From contig CBDBHA010000002.1 of assembly GCA_965205495.1 (NCBI GenBank), forward strand, positions 2,723,260-2,787,259: a stretch of 64,000 bases of DNA, written 5' to 3'. The position numbers were made by a program, and so were the translations under genes. Shown here one piece after another: positions 27,054 to 36,356 of the stretch (position 1 is its first letter; each line of letters starts with the position of its first letter). A model generated the notes under the pieces. The model made no database searches and had not been told where the DNA came from. It worked only from the letters and a program-made list of their open reading frames with translations. This DNA comes from Dehalococcoidia bacterium. GTDB taxonomy: Bacteria; Chloroflexota; Dehalococcoidia; Lucifugimonadales; UBA3495.

Positions 27054-28271
27054 ATGCCCGGCCCAATCACCTTCATCGATGACGGCGCCGTTACCACGCC
27101 CCAGGGCTTCTCCGCCGGGGCCACCTACGCTGGGCTCAAGACCTACTCCGAAGACAAGCTCGACCTGGGCCTCATCGTCTCCGACCTCCCCTGCGTCGCC
27201 GCCGGCGTCTTCACCACCAGCGCCATCAAGTCCTCCACCGTCACCGTTAACCGCGAAAACCTGGCCCAGAGCCTTTCCCGGGCCATCATCGTCAACGCGG
27301 GCATCGCCAACACCTCCGTGGGGCGGCAGGGGTACATCGACGCCCAGGAAATGACATCCCTGGCCGCCCGCAAAATCGGCGCCCAACCCAACGAAGTCCT
27401 GGTTTGCAGCACCGGCGTCATCGGCGTCGAACTCCCCATGTCCCTCATCCGCACCGGCGTCGACGTTATCCAGCTTTCCCCCGGCGGAGGCCATGACGTA
27501 GCCAGGGCCATGATGACCACCGACACCCGCCCCAAGGAAGTGGCGGTGTCCTTTGGAATCGAAGGGCGCCAGGTCCATTTGGGTGGCGTGGCCAAGGGGT
27601 CGGGGATGATTCACCCCAACATGGCCACCATGCTTTCTTTCATCACCACCGACGCCGCCGTGGAAGCCAACTTCCTTCAGGACACCCTGCGCGAAGTGGC
27701 CGACTCGTCCCTGAACATGCTGTCGGTGGACGGCGACACCAGCACCAACGACACGGTGCTGGTCCTGGCCAACGGCATGGCCGGCAACACCCCCATATCC
27801 GCCGGATCTCCCGAAGCCGATACCTTCCGGCAGGCCCTCCTGGAGACGTGCATCTACCTCACCCGGGAGTTGGCCCGGGACGGCGAAGGGGCGTCTCATC
27901 TGATAACCGTCGAAGTCAGCGGGGCCGCGACGCTGGACGACGCCCGCAAGGCGGCCCGCACCATATCCGCCTCCAACCTGGTCAAGTCGGCGGTCTACGG
28001 CGCCGACCCCAACTGGGGCCGGATTCTCATGGCCGTGGGACGCAGCGGAGCCGCCGCCGCCGAAAGCAAGATTGACCTGTTCGTCAACGGGGTGTGCATC
28101 ATGGAGGCCGGCAGTCCGGTGCCCTTCCACCGGGACGCGGTGGTGGCCCTGATGCGGCAACCCGAAGTGTCGATTCGGGTAAACCTCAACCTTGGCCCCG
28201 GCGAGGCCACCGCCTGGGGCTGCGACCTGACCCAGGAATACGTCATCATCAACAGCGCCTACACCACCTAA
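27054..28271 (+). CDS. argJ: bifunctional ornithine acetyltransferase/N-acetylglutamate synthase
   Basis: ATMLSFITTDA is the autoproteolysis site, and TNDT is present. The ORF extends to 27018. The antisense ORF 26796..28313 is an artefact. Confidence 0.95.
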   Translation: MPGPITFIDDGAVTTPQGFSAGATYAGLKTYSEDKLDLGLIVSDLPCVAAGVFTTSAIKSSTVTVNRENLAQSLSRAIIVNAGIANTSVGRQGYIDAQEMTSLAARKIGAQPNEVLVCSTGVIGVELPMSLIRTGVDVIQLSPGGGHDVARAMMTTDTRPKEVAVSFGIEGRQVHLGGVAKGSGMIHPNMATMLSFITTDAAVEANFLQDTLREVADSSLNMLSVDGDTSTNDTVLVLANGMAGNTPISAGSPEADTFRQALLETCIYLTRELARDGEGASHLITVEVSGAATLDDARKAARTISASNLVKSAVYGADPNWGRILMAVGRSGAAAAESKIDLFVNGVCIMEAGSPVPFHRDAVVALMRQPEVSIRVNLNLGPGEATAWGCDLTQEYVIINSAYTT

Positions 28272-28341
28272 GCTGTTTCGGGACCACCCAAGACCATCCG
28301 GTCGCGCGTTCATTTCGCCATGCTAGGCCACGTTTATCTAT

Positions 28342-29145
28342 TTGGAGGAGAGAGTGTCGGGCCCACCGATAGTCGTTAAAATCGGGGGCAGCACCCTGGG
28401 CAGCCACGATACCAGCCTCAAAGACCTGGTTACCCTGCAACAACAGGGGCAAAACGTGGTGGTGGTGCACGGCGGCGGCAACGTCATCTCCGACTGGATG
28501 CAGCGTCAGGGCATTCCGCCCCGCTTTGTCAACGGCCTCCGCGTCACCGACGCCCCCAGCCTGGACATCGTGGTCGCGGTGCTCACCGGCCTCATCAACA
28601 AGGAACTGGTCTGTATGCTCCACAATCTGGGCGGACGGGCCGTGGGCATCAGCGGCATCGACGGCGGTATCCTGGAAGCCTACATCGCCAACCCGGACCT
28701 GGGGTTCGTGGGCGAGATTACCCAGGTCAACCCCGCCCCCCTGCAAGCCCTGAGCGACAGCGGGTTCATCCCCATGATGGCCCCCCTGGCCATGCACCGT
28801 CACGACGGCACCGGCCACGCCGGCAAACCGCTGAACATCAACGGTGACACCGTAGCCGGAGCGGTTGCCCGGGCACTGGGGGCGGAACGCCTCATCTTCC
28901 TCACCGACGTCCCCGGGATAATGGACGGCAACGGGAGAGTCATCCCCCACCTCGACCTGCGGCGGGCCAGCATCCTCCGCCGTTCCCCGGTCATCAGCGG
29001 CGGCATGATTCCCAAGCTGGACGCCTGCCTGCTCGCCCTGGAGCAGGTGCCCCAGGCCGACATCGTCGACGGCACCCAGCCCGATATGCTGCTCAACTGC
29101 CTCAACGGTTCCGCATCCGGCACCCGGATCGTCGCCGCCCTCTAG
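28342..29145 (+). CDS. argB: acetylglutamate kinase
   Basis: IVVKIGGS and VVVHGGG motifs. An alternative GTG start lies at 28354, after GGAGGAG. Confidence 0.95.
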   Translation: MEERVSGPPIVVKIGGSTLGSHDTSLKDLVTLQQQGQNVVVVHGGGNVISDWMQRQGIPPRFVNGLRVTDAPSLDIVVAVLTGLINKELVCMLHNLGGRAVGISGIDGGILEAYIANPDLGFVGEITQVNPAPLQALSDSGFIPMMAPLAMHRHDGTGHAGKPLNINGDTVAGAVARALGAERLIFLTDVPGIMDGNGRVIPHLDLRRASILRRSPVISGGMIPKLDACLLALEQVPQADIVDGTQPDMLLNCLNGSASGTRIVAAL

Positions 29146-29367
29146 CCCCGCCGTAGAACCAGGTCCGCGGGTGGGGTGGCCCTACATCCCCGAACGAGCG
29201 GAATCGCCAATGATTGTGCATTTCATTGTGTTCCTCGAAACTCACGTTAGGCAGCCCAGCGGCGGTAGACTTGGGATTGCAGGGAGGGCGGAGGGTGATT
29301 AGACTATTTGGCAACCGGACTACAACAGACGCCAGCGCAGGATAACCGCAGCGAAGGACAGCAGATC

Positions 29368-30504
29368 ATGTCCACTGAACAACGTGAAGATAACCTTCAC
29401 CTTCCGAGCCTTTCAATAAGGGGCTTCAGGGGGATTGGAGACCTGTCCATACCTAAATTGGCCCGCGTAACGTTAATTGCGGGGATGAATGATACCGGCA
29501 AAACCTCAATCCTTGAAGGAGTCCGCCTGCTCATGGAAGGAGCAACCCCTGAGGTGATAGGCGAAATATTGCAGTTCCGAGAACAGGATACCGAGGCATT
29601 TTCTAACGATGGGGAAAGTCCCAGCAGCGAGACTTTCCTCCTGTCCGCACTTTTCCACGGGTTTCCGCAACTTTCGGAGTGCTCGGACCCAATTGTGATC
29701 TCATGCGGCGATAACTCCCATCAAATACATTTGCAGGTAGGCTGGTTCTCGGAAATAATCGAGGAGGACGGCAGCACTAGATTAATTCCTGCTGAAACGG
29801 ACCCCCCTGGGGAACACGCCAATATACCGGCATTGATCGTTACAACCGGGAAAAACAGAAGAGTCTACAATTTTGGGCGAATTGATAGATTCGCTTCCAC
29901 CCGTCGCGCTCGCTTTCGTTCCAACCAGCGCCGAGTGTCCTCCCGGCTCGTCAATGCTTCTGGACAAGATCGGACGGCAATGCTGGGACCCTTATGGGAC
30001 AACATCTCGATAACTGAACAGGAACCGCATGTTGTGGAAGCGTTGCGAATCATAGACCCGCAGATTTCTGCTGTTTCGATGGTTGGCGAACAATCTTTGA
30101 GTTCTGCCAGGACAGCCGTGGTACGCTCCGACAACTTTGGTCGGCGGGTGCCGCTCCACTCATTCGGGGATGGCATGAATCGGCTTTTCGGCATAATTTT
30201 ATCACTCGTCAACGTCGACGGCGGAGTTCTTTTGATTGATGAGTTCGAGAATGGTATGCATTATACGGTGCAGCTCGATGTGTGGCGTATGGTATTTCGG
30301 CTGGCGGAAGACCTCAACGTGCAAGTCCTAGCAACTACGCACAGTTTGGACTGCGTGGCAGGCTTCAGACAGGCTGCTGCTGAACGAGAAAAAACCGAAG
30401 GGCTTCTTTTACGTATAGACCGAATAGGTGACCGAATGCGGGCCGTGGAATACACCGAGGAAGACCTCCGCATCGCCATTGCCCAACGGATTGAAATAAG
30501 GTAA
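29368..30504 (+). CDS. ABC/OLD-type AAA ATPase (AAA_15/AAA_21-like)
   Basis: Walker A is GMNDTGKTS, Walker B is VLLIDEFENGMH, and LATTHS is present. G+C is about 50%. The ORF extends to 29308. Confidence 0.8.
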   Translation: MSTEQREDNLHLPSLSIRGFRGIGDLSIPKLARVTLIAGMNDTGKTSILEGVRLLMEGATPEVIGEILQFREQDTEAFSNDGESPSSETFLLSALFHGFPQLSECSDPIVISCGDNSHQIHLQVGWFSEIIEEDGSTRLIPAETDPPGEHANIPALIVTTGKNRRVYNFGRIDRFASTRRARFRSNQRRVSSRLVNASGQDRTAMLGPLWDNISITEQEPHVVEALRIIDPQISAVSMVGEQSLSSARTAVVRSDNFGRRVPLHSFGDGMNRLFGIILSLVNVDGGVLLIDEFENGMHYTVQLDVWRMVFRLAEDLNVQVLATTHSLDCVAGFRQAAAEREKTEGLLLRIDRIGDRMRAVEYTEEDLRIAIAQRIEIR

Positions 30505-30506
30505 CG

Positions 30507-31193
30507 GTGGTCTCCCCCGAGAGCCTGGTGACAACTAATCGCATTCTCCTTGTGGAAGGGCAAGACGACAAACACTTCGTTTGGCAATTTTGCGGGCAAC
30601 ACCCCTCAACATTTTCAATTGCAAGGTTAGAATATGAGATGCGCGTGACCTTGAACGGTCACATGTCGACCTTCCTAATCTCTGACAAAGGCAACCAGAG
30701 CGAACTGATTAGTTCTATCCGCCAAGAGGTCGTAGTTGCAGGGCGTCAGACCTTGGGTATCGTCGTTGATACCGACGACGACGTTGAGGATTGCTGGGAC
30801 AGGATAAAGCAAGAATTATCCCGGGAAAAGGTTCAAACCCCTCTCACCCCTAGCCAAAACGGTACGATAATACCGGAGCAAACCTTCCAGCCCCGCGTGG
30901 GCATTTGGTTGATGCCGGATAATGGGTCTAAAGGAGAACTTGAGGATTTCGTCGCCAAGATGATTCCCGGTAATGACCCGGTATGGCCGTTATCCCGGGG
31001 TTACATCAATCAAATCAATGCCGGAGATAGGAAATTCCCTGTGGACAAGACCCAGAAAGCCGAACTTTATTCCTGGCTGGCCGCCAGAAAGGAACCCAGC
31101 CGAATGGGAGCAGCCGTCGGCGCCGGAGACTTGGATGTTAATGGCTACCCCTGTAAGGAATTCCTCGCCTGGCTCATCCAACTGTTCGGTTAG
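30507..31193 (+). CDS. stand-alone TOPRIM-like protein (DUF4435/DUF3226/DUF4276-type partner of the ATPase)
   Basis: The GTG lies 2 nt after the ATPase stop. Motifs are ILLVEGQDDKHF (conserved Glu), GIVVDTDDDVED (DxD) and GIWLMPDNGSKGELEDF. Confidence 0.65.
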   Translation: MVSPESLVTTNRILLVEGQDDKHFVWQFCGQHPSTFSIARLEYEMRVTLNGHMSTFLISDKGNQSELISSIRQEVVVAGRQTLGIVVDTDDDVEDCWDRIKQELSREKVQTPLTPSQNGTIIPEQTFQPRVGIWLMPDNGSKGELEDFVAKMIPGNDPVWPLSRGYINQINAGDRKFPVDKTQKAELYSWLAARKEPSRMGAAVGAGDLDVNGYPCKEFLAWLIQLFG

Positions 31194-31385
31194 TGTGCCT
31201 TTCGGTTCCATCCACTGACCTCGTTCCTCCCGTTTTAATCCGCCTGCCGAGACTCTCCCAAGATCACGCCTCCATCCGTTTTATCCCACACTCCCAAACG
31301 AGAACCCGTGCGGCGTCCAACACCTAAATTCCTGCGGCGTTACCCCTTCATGGACAATTCCAAAATGCAGGCATTTTCCGCAACC

Positions 31386-31394
31386 TGTTAGAAT
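31386..31394 (+). promoter_or_regulatory. extended -10 (TGTTAGAAT) placed for a leaderless UPF0182 mRNA
   Basis: TAGAAT at 31389-31394 is followed by 6 nt (cccccc) and then the ATG at 31401. There is no SD. Confidence 0.5.
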
Positions 31395-31400
31395 CCCCCC

Positions 31401-34163
31401 ATGAGCTACGACCTCAGCAACGACGCCGAAGGTTCGGCCACCGTCCTGCCCGGCATCTCCGCCCTTCACCTGCGCCGCTTAATCCGCTTCACCGCCATCC
31501 TGCTGGCCCTGGCGTTGACCCTTCTCCTGCTCTGGTGGGGCATTGGCATCTACACCAACGTCCTCTGGTTCAGTCACCTGGGTTTCCTCGGAGTCTTCAC
31601 CAAAATCGCCCTGGCCAAGGCAGGACTGTTCGCGGGCGGGACCATTCTGTCCGGCGCCCTTCTCGGCGCAAACTTTTACCTGGCCGCTCGTTTGTCCCGC
31701 GGCCCCTCGACCCTGCCCATCACCGCCGAATCCCTCCGGCTGATGTATGCCGTGGCCGGCGCCGTGGCAATTTTGACCGTTCTCATATCCGCCCCCATCT
31801 TTGGCTCCGCCGCCGCCGCCCGCTGGGAGCCGCTGCTGCTGCTTTTCAACTACGTGCCTTTTCAGGTGGCCGACCCCGCCTTCGGAAGGGACGTTTCCTT
31901 CTACGTGGTCGTCCTCCCCCTGCTCAACCTGGTCCAGGGCTGGCTGATGGGCTTGATAATCACCGCCCTCGCGGCCTCGCTGGCCCTTTACGTGGCAATC
32001 TTCAGCCTGCGGGGCGTCAACCTGCTGATCAGCCCCCGTATGCTGAAACACCTGGCCTACCTGGGCGCCTTCCTCATGCTGACCCTGGCCTTCCAGCACG
32101 TCCTGAACATCTACGAGCTTGTCCTCTCCTCCGGGGTCGCCGTCGTCTACGGGGCAACCTATACCGACATCAAAGCCCGCATCCCGGTGCTATGGTTCCT
32201 CACCGTCATCGCCCTGCTGGCGGCGGTGGGCTTGGGCATAAGCCCATTCTATAGGGGCCTGCGCCTCGTCTTCGGTTCCTTCAGCCTCTGGGTGGTCATG
32301 GCGCTGCTGGCGGGGTTGGCCTTTCCCGCCCTGTTCCAGCGGTTTCAGGTCTCTCCCAACCTGTTCACCCGGGAGGAACCCTACATTCGCAACAACATCC
32401 TGGCCACCCGCGCCGCCTATCAACTGGACCAAATCCAGGAACGCCCCTACGCTGCTGACGGCCGGCTGGACCAGGCCGCCATCGACGAGAACCAGAACAC
32501 GGTGGAAAACATCCGCCTCTGGGAACCGTCCCCTTTGAAGGACGTCTACAACCAGCTCCAATTTATCAACCTGTATTACAACTTCCTTAACATGGACTCC
32601 GACCGCTACCGGGTGGACGGCGAACTGACGCAGGTCCTGGTGGCGGCCCGCGAGCTGAACCCGGATACTCTGTCCCAAGACCAAAACTGGGTTAACAGCC
32701 GGCTCCAATACACTCACGGCTATGGCGTCGCCATGAGCCCCGTCACCGGCTTTACCCCGGGAGAGGGGCGGCCCGAGTTCTTGATCCGCGACATCCCCAT
32801 CCAGAGCGAACTCCCGGTCTCCCTCCCCGAAATTTACTACGGCGAGTCGCCTGCAACATTCGCCATCGTCAACACCAGCTTGCGGGAAGTGAACCCCGAC
32901 CCCGAATATACCGGCTACGCCGGCTCCGGCGGAATCCACCTGGACTCCACCCTGCGGCGCCTGGCCTTCGCCATCCAACTGGCCGACATCAACGTGCTGC
33001 TCAGCGACCGCATCGAGCCCCACAGCCGGTTGCAATACCGCCGTCAGATAAAAGAACGGGTCCGGACCCTGGCCCCCTTCCTGAAACTGGACCGGGACCC
33101 CTATCCGGTGCTGGACTCTCAGGGCAAGCTCTGGTGGATTCTGGACACTTACACCACCACCACCCGCTACCCCTATTCCACTCCCTTCCAACCGCCCGAC
33201 GACAACCCGCCCTTCAACTACATCCGCAACAGCGTCAAGGTGACCATCGACCCCTACAACGGCGATGTCGTGTTCTATGTCATCGACCCGCAAGACCCCC
33301 TCACCCAGATGTACCGCCGAGCCTTTCCCGCCTTGTTCCAGGACGGTTCCGAAATGCCCGCCGACCTGCGGGAGCACTGGCGCTATCCCAACGGCATCTT
33401 CTCCACCCAGGCCCAGCTTTACCTCCGTTACCACGTCACCGACCCCCAGGTGTTTTTCAACGGGGCGGAGCAATGGGCCATCCCCCTGGAGACCAGCATC
33501 GCCAAGCCCGGCCTGGCCGTGGTGCCCTCCTACCTGATCCTCCAGCTCCCCGGCCGGCAACGGGAAGAGTTCGTGCTGCTCTTGCCTCTAACTCCCGCCA
33601 GCGGGAAGAAAAACCTGGTGGCTTGGCTGGCCGCCCGCAGCGACCCACCCAACTACGGCCAGGTGCTCAGCTTTCATCTGCCCGAACACCGGCAGATCGA
33701 CGGCCCCAACCAGGTGGAGGCCCGCATCGAAAACGACCAGTCGGTTTCCCAGCAATTCACCCTCTGGGGGGCGGGCTCGGGCTCCGATATTATCCGGGGG
33801 CAAGTGCTGGTAATTCCCATCGCCGATACGATAATCTACGTTGAACCTCTGTATCTCCAATCGTCCGCCTTGGCCTTTCCTGAGCTAAAAAAGGTTATAC
33901 TAGCCGACGGCAACAACCTGGTTATGGCCGACACCATCCAGGAAGGAATCACCAGGCTGGTCGAAGCCGCCTCCCCCCGCGATGGACCCTTGCCGCAACT
34001 GCAACAGTTGGACGAGCAGGTCAACGAATTGCAAGAGTCATTGGACCAACTGGAACGAGGATTATCCCAACTGAGAGAAGCGCTTCAGGGGGATTTGTCC
34101 CCCAAAACGCCGGAGGGTACGGGGGAGTTACCCCCTGATGAAAAAGAAGGAGGAACCCCATGA
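31401..34163 (+). CDS. UPF0182 family integral membrane protein
   Basis: 920 aa. It has an N-terminal block of about 7 hydrophobic helices, a large soluble region, and a C-terminal ...IIYVEPLYLQSS...FPELKKVILA. The stop overlaps the argD ATG (ATGA). Confidence 0.8.
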   Translation: MSYDLSNDAEGSATVLPGISALHLRRLIRFTAILLALALTLLLLWWGIGIYTNVLWFSHLGFLGVFTKIALAKAGLFAGGTILSGALLGANFYLAARLSRGPSTLPITAESLRLMYAVAGAVAILTVLISAPIFGSAAAARWEPLLLLFNYVPFQVADPAFGRDVSFYVVVLPLLNLVQGWLMGLIITALAASLALYVAIFSLRGVNLLISPRMLKHLAYLGAFLMLTLAFQHVLNIYELVLSSGVAVVYGATYTDIKARIPVLWFLTVIALLAAVGLGISPFYRGLRLVFGSFSLWVVMALLAGLAFPALFQRFQVSPNLFTREEPYIRNNILATRAAYQLDQIQERPYAADGRLDQAAIDENQNTVENIRLWEPSPLKDVYNQLQFINLYYNFLNMDSDRYRVDGELTQVLVAARELNPDTLSQDQNWVNSRLQYTHGYGVAMSPVTGFTPGEGRPEFLIRDIPIQSELPVSLPEIYYGESPATFAIVNTSLREVNPDPEYTGYAGSGGIHLDSTLRRLAFAIQLADINVLLSDRIEPHSRLQYRRQIKERVRTLAPFLKLDRDPYPVLDSQGKLWWILDTYTTTTRYPYSTPFQPPDDNPPFNYIRNSVKVTIDPYNGDVVFYVIDPQDPLTQMYRRAFPALFQDGSEMPADLREHWRYPNGIFSTQAQLYLRYHVTDPQVFFNGAEQWAIPLETSIAKPGLAVVPSYLILQLPGRQREEFVLLLPLTPASGKKNLVAWLAARSDPPNYGQVLSFHLPEHRQIDGPNQVEARIENDQSVSQQFTLWGAGSGSDIIRGQVLVIPIADTIIYVEPLYLQSSALAFPELKKVILADGNNLVMADTIQEGITRLVEAASPRDGPLPQLQQLDEQVNELQESLDQLERGLSQLREALQGDLSPKTPEGTGELPPDEKEGGTP

Positions 34164-35350
34164 CCAAGAGCGAAGAGTGGATCGCTATCGAACAGAAATA
34201 CTACGCCCAGACGGTCCGCCGCCAGCCGGTGGTCATCGTCAAGGGTGAGGGCACCCGGGTCTGGGATGCCGACGGCAAGGAATATCTGGACTTTGTGGCC
34301 GGCTGGGCCGTCGACAACCTGGGACACTGCCATCCCGTCATCACCCAGGCCATCGTCGAGCAGGCCGGCACCCTGCTCCAGACCTCCAACCAATTCTTCA
34401 CCGTCCCCCAGCTCCAACTGGCCGAGCTCCTGGTCGAAAATAGCTGCCTCGACCGGGTCTTTTTCGGCAACAGCGGCGCCGAGGCCAACGAGGGCGCATT
34501 GAAGCTGGCTAAGCGGTACGGCAAGCTGCACCGGGACGGGGCCTACGAGGTCATTACCGCCTTCAATTCCTTCCACGGCCGCACCGCCACCACCGTCGCC
34601 GCCACCGGCCAACCCCACTACCAGGAGGCTTTCCTGCCCCTGCAACCCGGCTTCGTCCACGTCGACTTCAACGACGTTGAAGCCATCATGAACGCCACCA
34701 CCGACCAAACCGCCGCGGTGATGCTGGAGCCGGTGCAGGGCGAGGGCGGCGTCAACATCCCCGACGACGACTATCTGGTCCGCGTCCGGCAGTGGTGCGA
34801 CCAGAACAACCTGCTGCTGATTCTCGACGAGGTCCAGACCGGACTGGGACGCCTGGGCAGCCTGTTTGGATACCAGGAATACAACGTGGAGCCCGACGTT
34901 ATGACCCTGGCCAAGGGCCTGGGCTACGGCGTCCCCATCGGCGCTTTCATGTCCAAGGAAGCGGCAATGGCCCTGGTCCCCGGCGACCACGGCTCGACCT
35001 TCGGCGGCAACGCCCTGACCACCGCCGCCGCCTACGCCGGCACCAAGTTCCTTATCGACAATGACATCCCGGCCCACGTCAAGGATATGGAGACCCACCT
35101 GATGGACCGCCTCAACGGCCTCAAGGCCCGTTTCTCCTTTATTACCGACGTCCGGGGCAAGGGACTCCTCACCGCCATGGAATTCGACGGCGATATCTCC
35201 GGGCAGGTGCTGACCAACGCCAACGAAGCCGGGATTTTGCTCAACGGCGTCCGCCCCAACGCGGTCCGCTTCATGCCCCCCCTCACCGTCACCGCCGAGG
35301 AGATTGACGAGGCCGTCGGTCGCCTGGAAAACGCCCTGGCAAAGGTTTAA
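34160..35350 (+). CDS. argD: acetylornithine aminotransferase
   Basis: 396 aa, a class III aminotransferase (FGNSGAEANEGALKLA, DEVQTGLGRLG, TLAKGLG). AAGGAGG SD. Confidence 0.9.
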   Translation: MTKSEEWIAIEQKYYAQTVRRQPVVIVKGEGTRVWDADGKEYLDFVAGWAVDNLGHCHPVITQAIVEQAGTLLQTSNQFFTVPQLQLAELLVENSCLDRVFFGNSGAEANEGALKLAKRYGKLHRDGAYEVITAFNSFHGRTATTVAATGQPHYQEAFLPLQPGFVHVDFNDVEAIMNATTDQTAAVMLEPVQGEGGVNIPDDDYLVRVRQWCDQNNLLLILDEVQTGLGRLGSLFGYQEYNVEPDVMTLAKGLGYGVPIGAFMSKEAAMALVPGDHGSTFGGNALTTAAAYAGTKFLIDNDIPAHVKDMETHLMDRLNGLKARFSFITDVRGKGLLTAMEFDGDISGQVLTNANEAGILLNGVRPNAVRFMPPLTVTAEEIDEAVGRLENALAKV

Positions 35351-35390
35351 CCTTCGCCGTCAAGTTGTGGGAGGAGCAAGCCGCAAAATC

Positions 35391-35624
35391 ATGAGTCTGG
35401 TAATTTCCGATGATTTGCTGCGTATCGCCGGCCTGTCTGAAGAGGAGCTTCGGGAAGAGATTGCCGTCTTGCTTTTCCAGCAAGAGAGACTAACCTTGGG
35501 GCAAGCGAGCCGGCTGGCCCGAACCAGCCAAGCTGAGTTTCTTCGGGTATTGGGCCACCGCCAGATACCGGTCCACTACGGCGTTACCGAGTTCCAAGAG
35601 GACTTGAAGACGCTGCAAGGATAA
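35391..35624 (+). CDS. UPF0175 family antitoxin-like protein
   Basis: MSLVISDDLLRIAGLSEEELREEIAVLLFQQERLTLGQASRLA is typical UPF0175. The ORF in the track starts at 35304. Confidence 0.7.
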   Translation: MSLVISDDLLRIAGLSEEELREEIAVLLFQQERLTLGQASRLARTSQAEFLRVLGHRQIPVHYGVTEFQEDLKTLQG

Positions 35625-35632
35625 CCATTGGT

Positions 35633-35713
35633 TTGGTCGTTGTGAGCGATGCTTCCCCGATCATTAGTTTGGCGTCCACAGGGCAAAAAGGTATGGAAAT
35701 TTGGAACGCATAA
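35633..35713 (+). pseudogene. truncated DUF3368-type PIN toxin (first approximately 20 codons only)
   Basis: It reads LVVVSDASPIISLASTGQK and then diverges, with a stop at 35711-35713. It overlaps the start of the next gene. Confidence 0.5.
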
Positions 35714-35931
35714 TCATTGATCCCAAGGTAATGGTGGGCAAGCCGGTTATTCGGGGGACCAGGATGACCGTTCAGTTCATCCTGGGAATGCTCGCCCATG
35801 GCTCAACTATCGAAGACATTATTGGCGAATACCAGGACCTGACCCGCGGAGACGTGCTGGCCTGTATCGGTTTCGCCAAGGAAGCCCTCGAAAACACCGA
35901 CTTTATTCCTTTGGCGGTCGAGAGCCAATAA
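35701..35931 (+). CDS. DUF433 family protein (antitoxin-like)
   Basis: IIIDPKVMVGKPVIRGTRMTVQFIL...GEYQDLTRGDVLACIGFA is typical DUF433. Confidence 0.8.
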   Translation: MERIIIDPKVMVGKPVIRGTRMTVQFILGMLAHGSTIEDIIGEYQDLTRGDVLACIGFAKEALENTDFIPLAVESQ

Positions 35932-36291
35932 ATTCGCTTTCTTGTAGACGAATGCGCTGGCCCCACCGTCGCAATGTGGCTAGTTGAACTTCAACATGAC
36001 GTCCGTTCGATTCATCAAGTCGCCCGTGGCTCGGACGACGACAAGGTTCTGCAAATGGCGATCGATGAGAACCGTATTTTGATCACTTGTGACAAAGACT
36101 TTGGTGAAATGGTCTTCCGAGAACGAAAGAACCACAATGGGGTGGTGTTGCTGAGGTTAGATGATGAACGCGCCGATAATAAAATCGCGGTCCTCAGCAG
36201 GTTGCTAGAACAATACCCCGACCGGCTAGCCAACAACTTCGTCGTAGCAACCGAAGCTGGGGTCCGCATCGCCGGCCTGGGGGGCAGGTAA
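35932..36291 (+). CDS. DUF5615 (Mut7-C/PIN-like) family protein
   Basis: IRFLVDECAG...ILITCDKDFG. The conserved N-terminal LVDE lies upstream of the first ATG (35974), so a non-ATG start (ATT 35932) directly after the DUF433 stop is implied. Confidence 0.7.
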   Translation: MRFLVDECAGPTVAMWLVELQHDVRSIHQVARGSDDDKVLQMAIDENRILITCDKDFGEMVFRERKNHNGVVLLRLDDERADNKIAVLSRLLEQYPDRLANNFVVATEAGVRIAGLGGR

Positions 36292-36356
36292 GCCGGAAAC
36301 CAGGGAAGCGGTCCGCAATATTGACTTTTCCAGCAAAAGGAGTAAACGAAAAGGTA

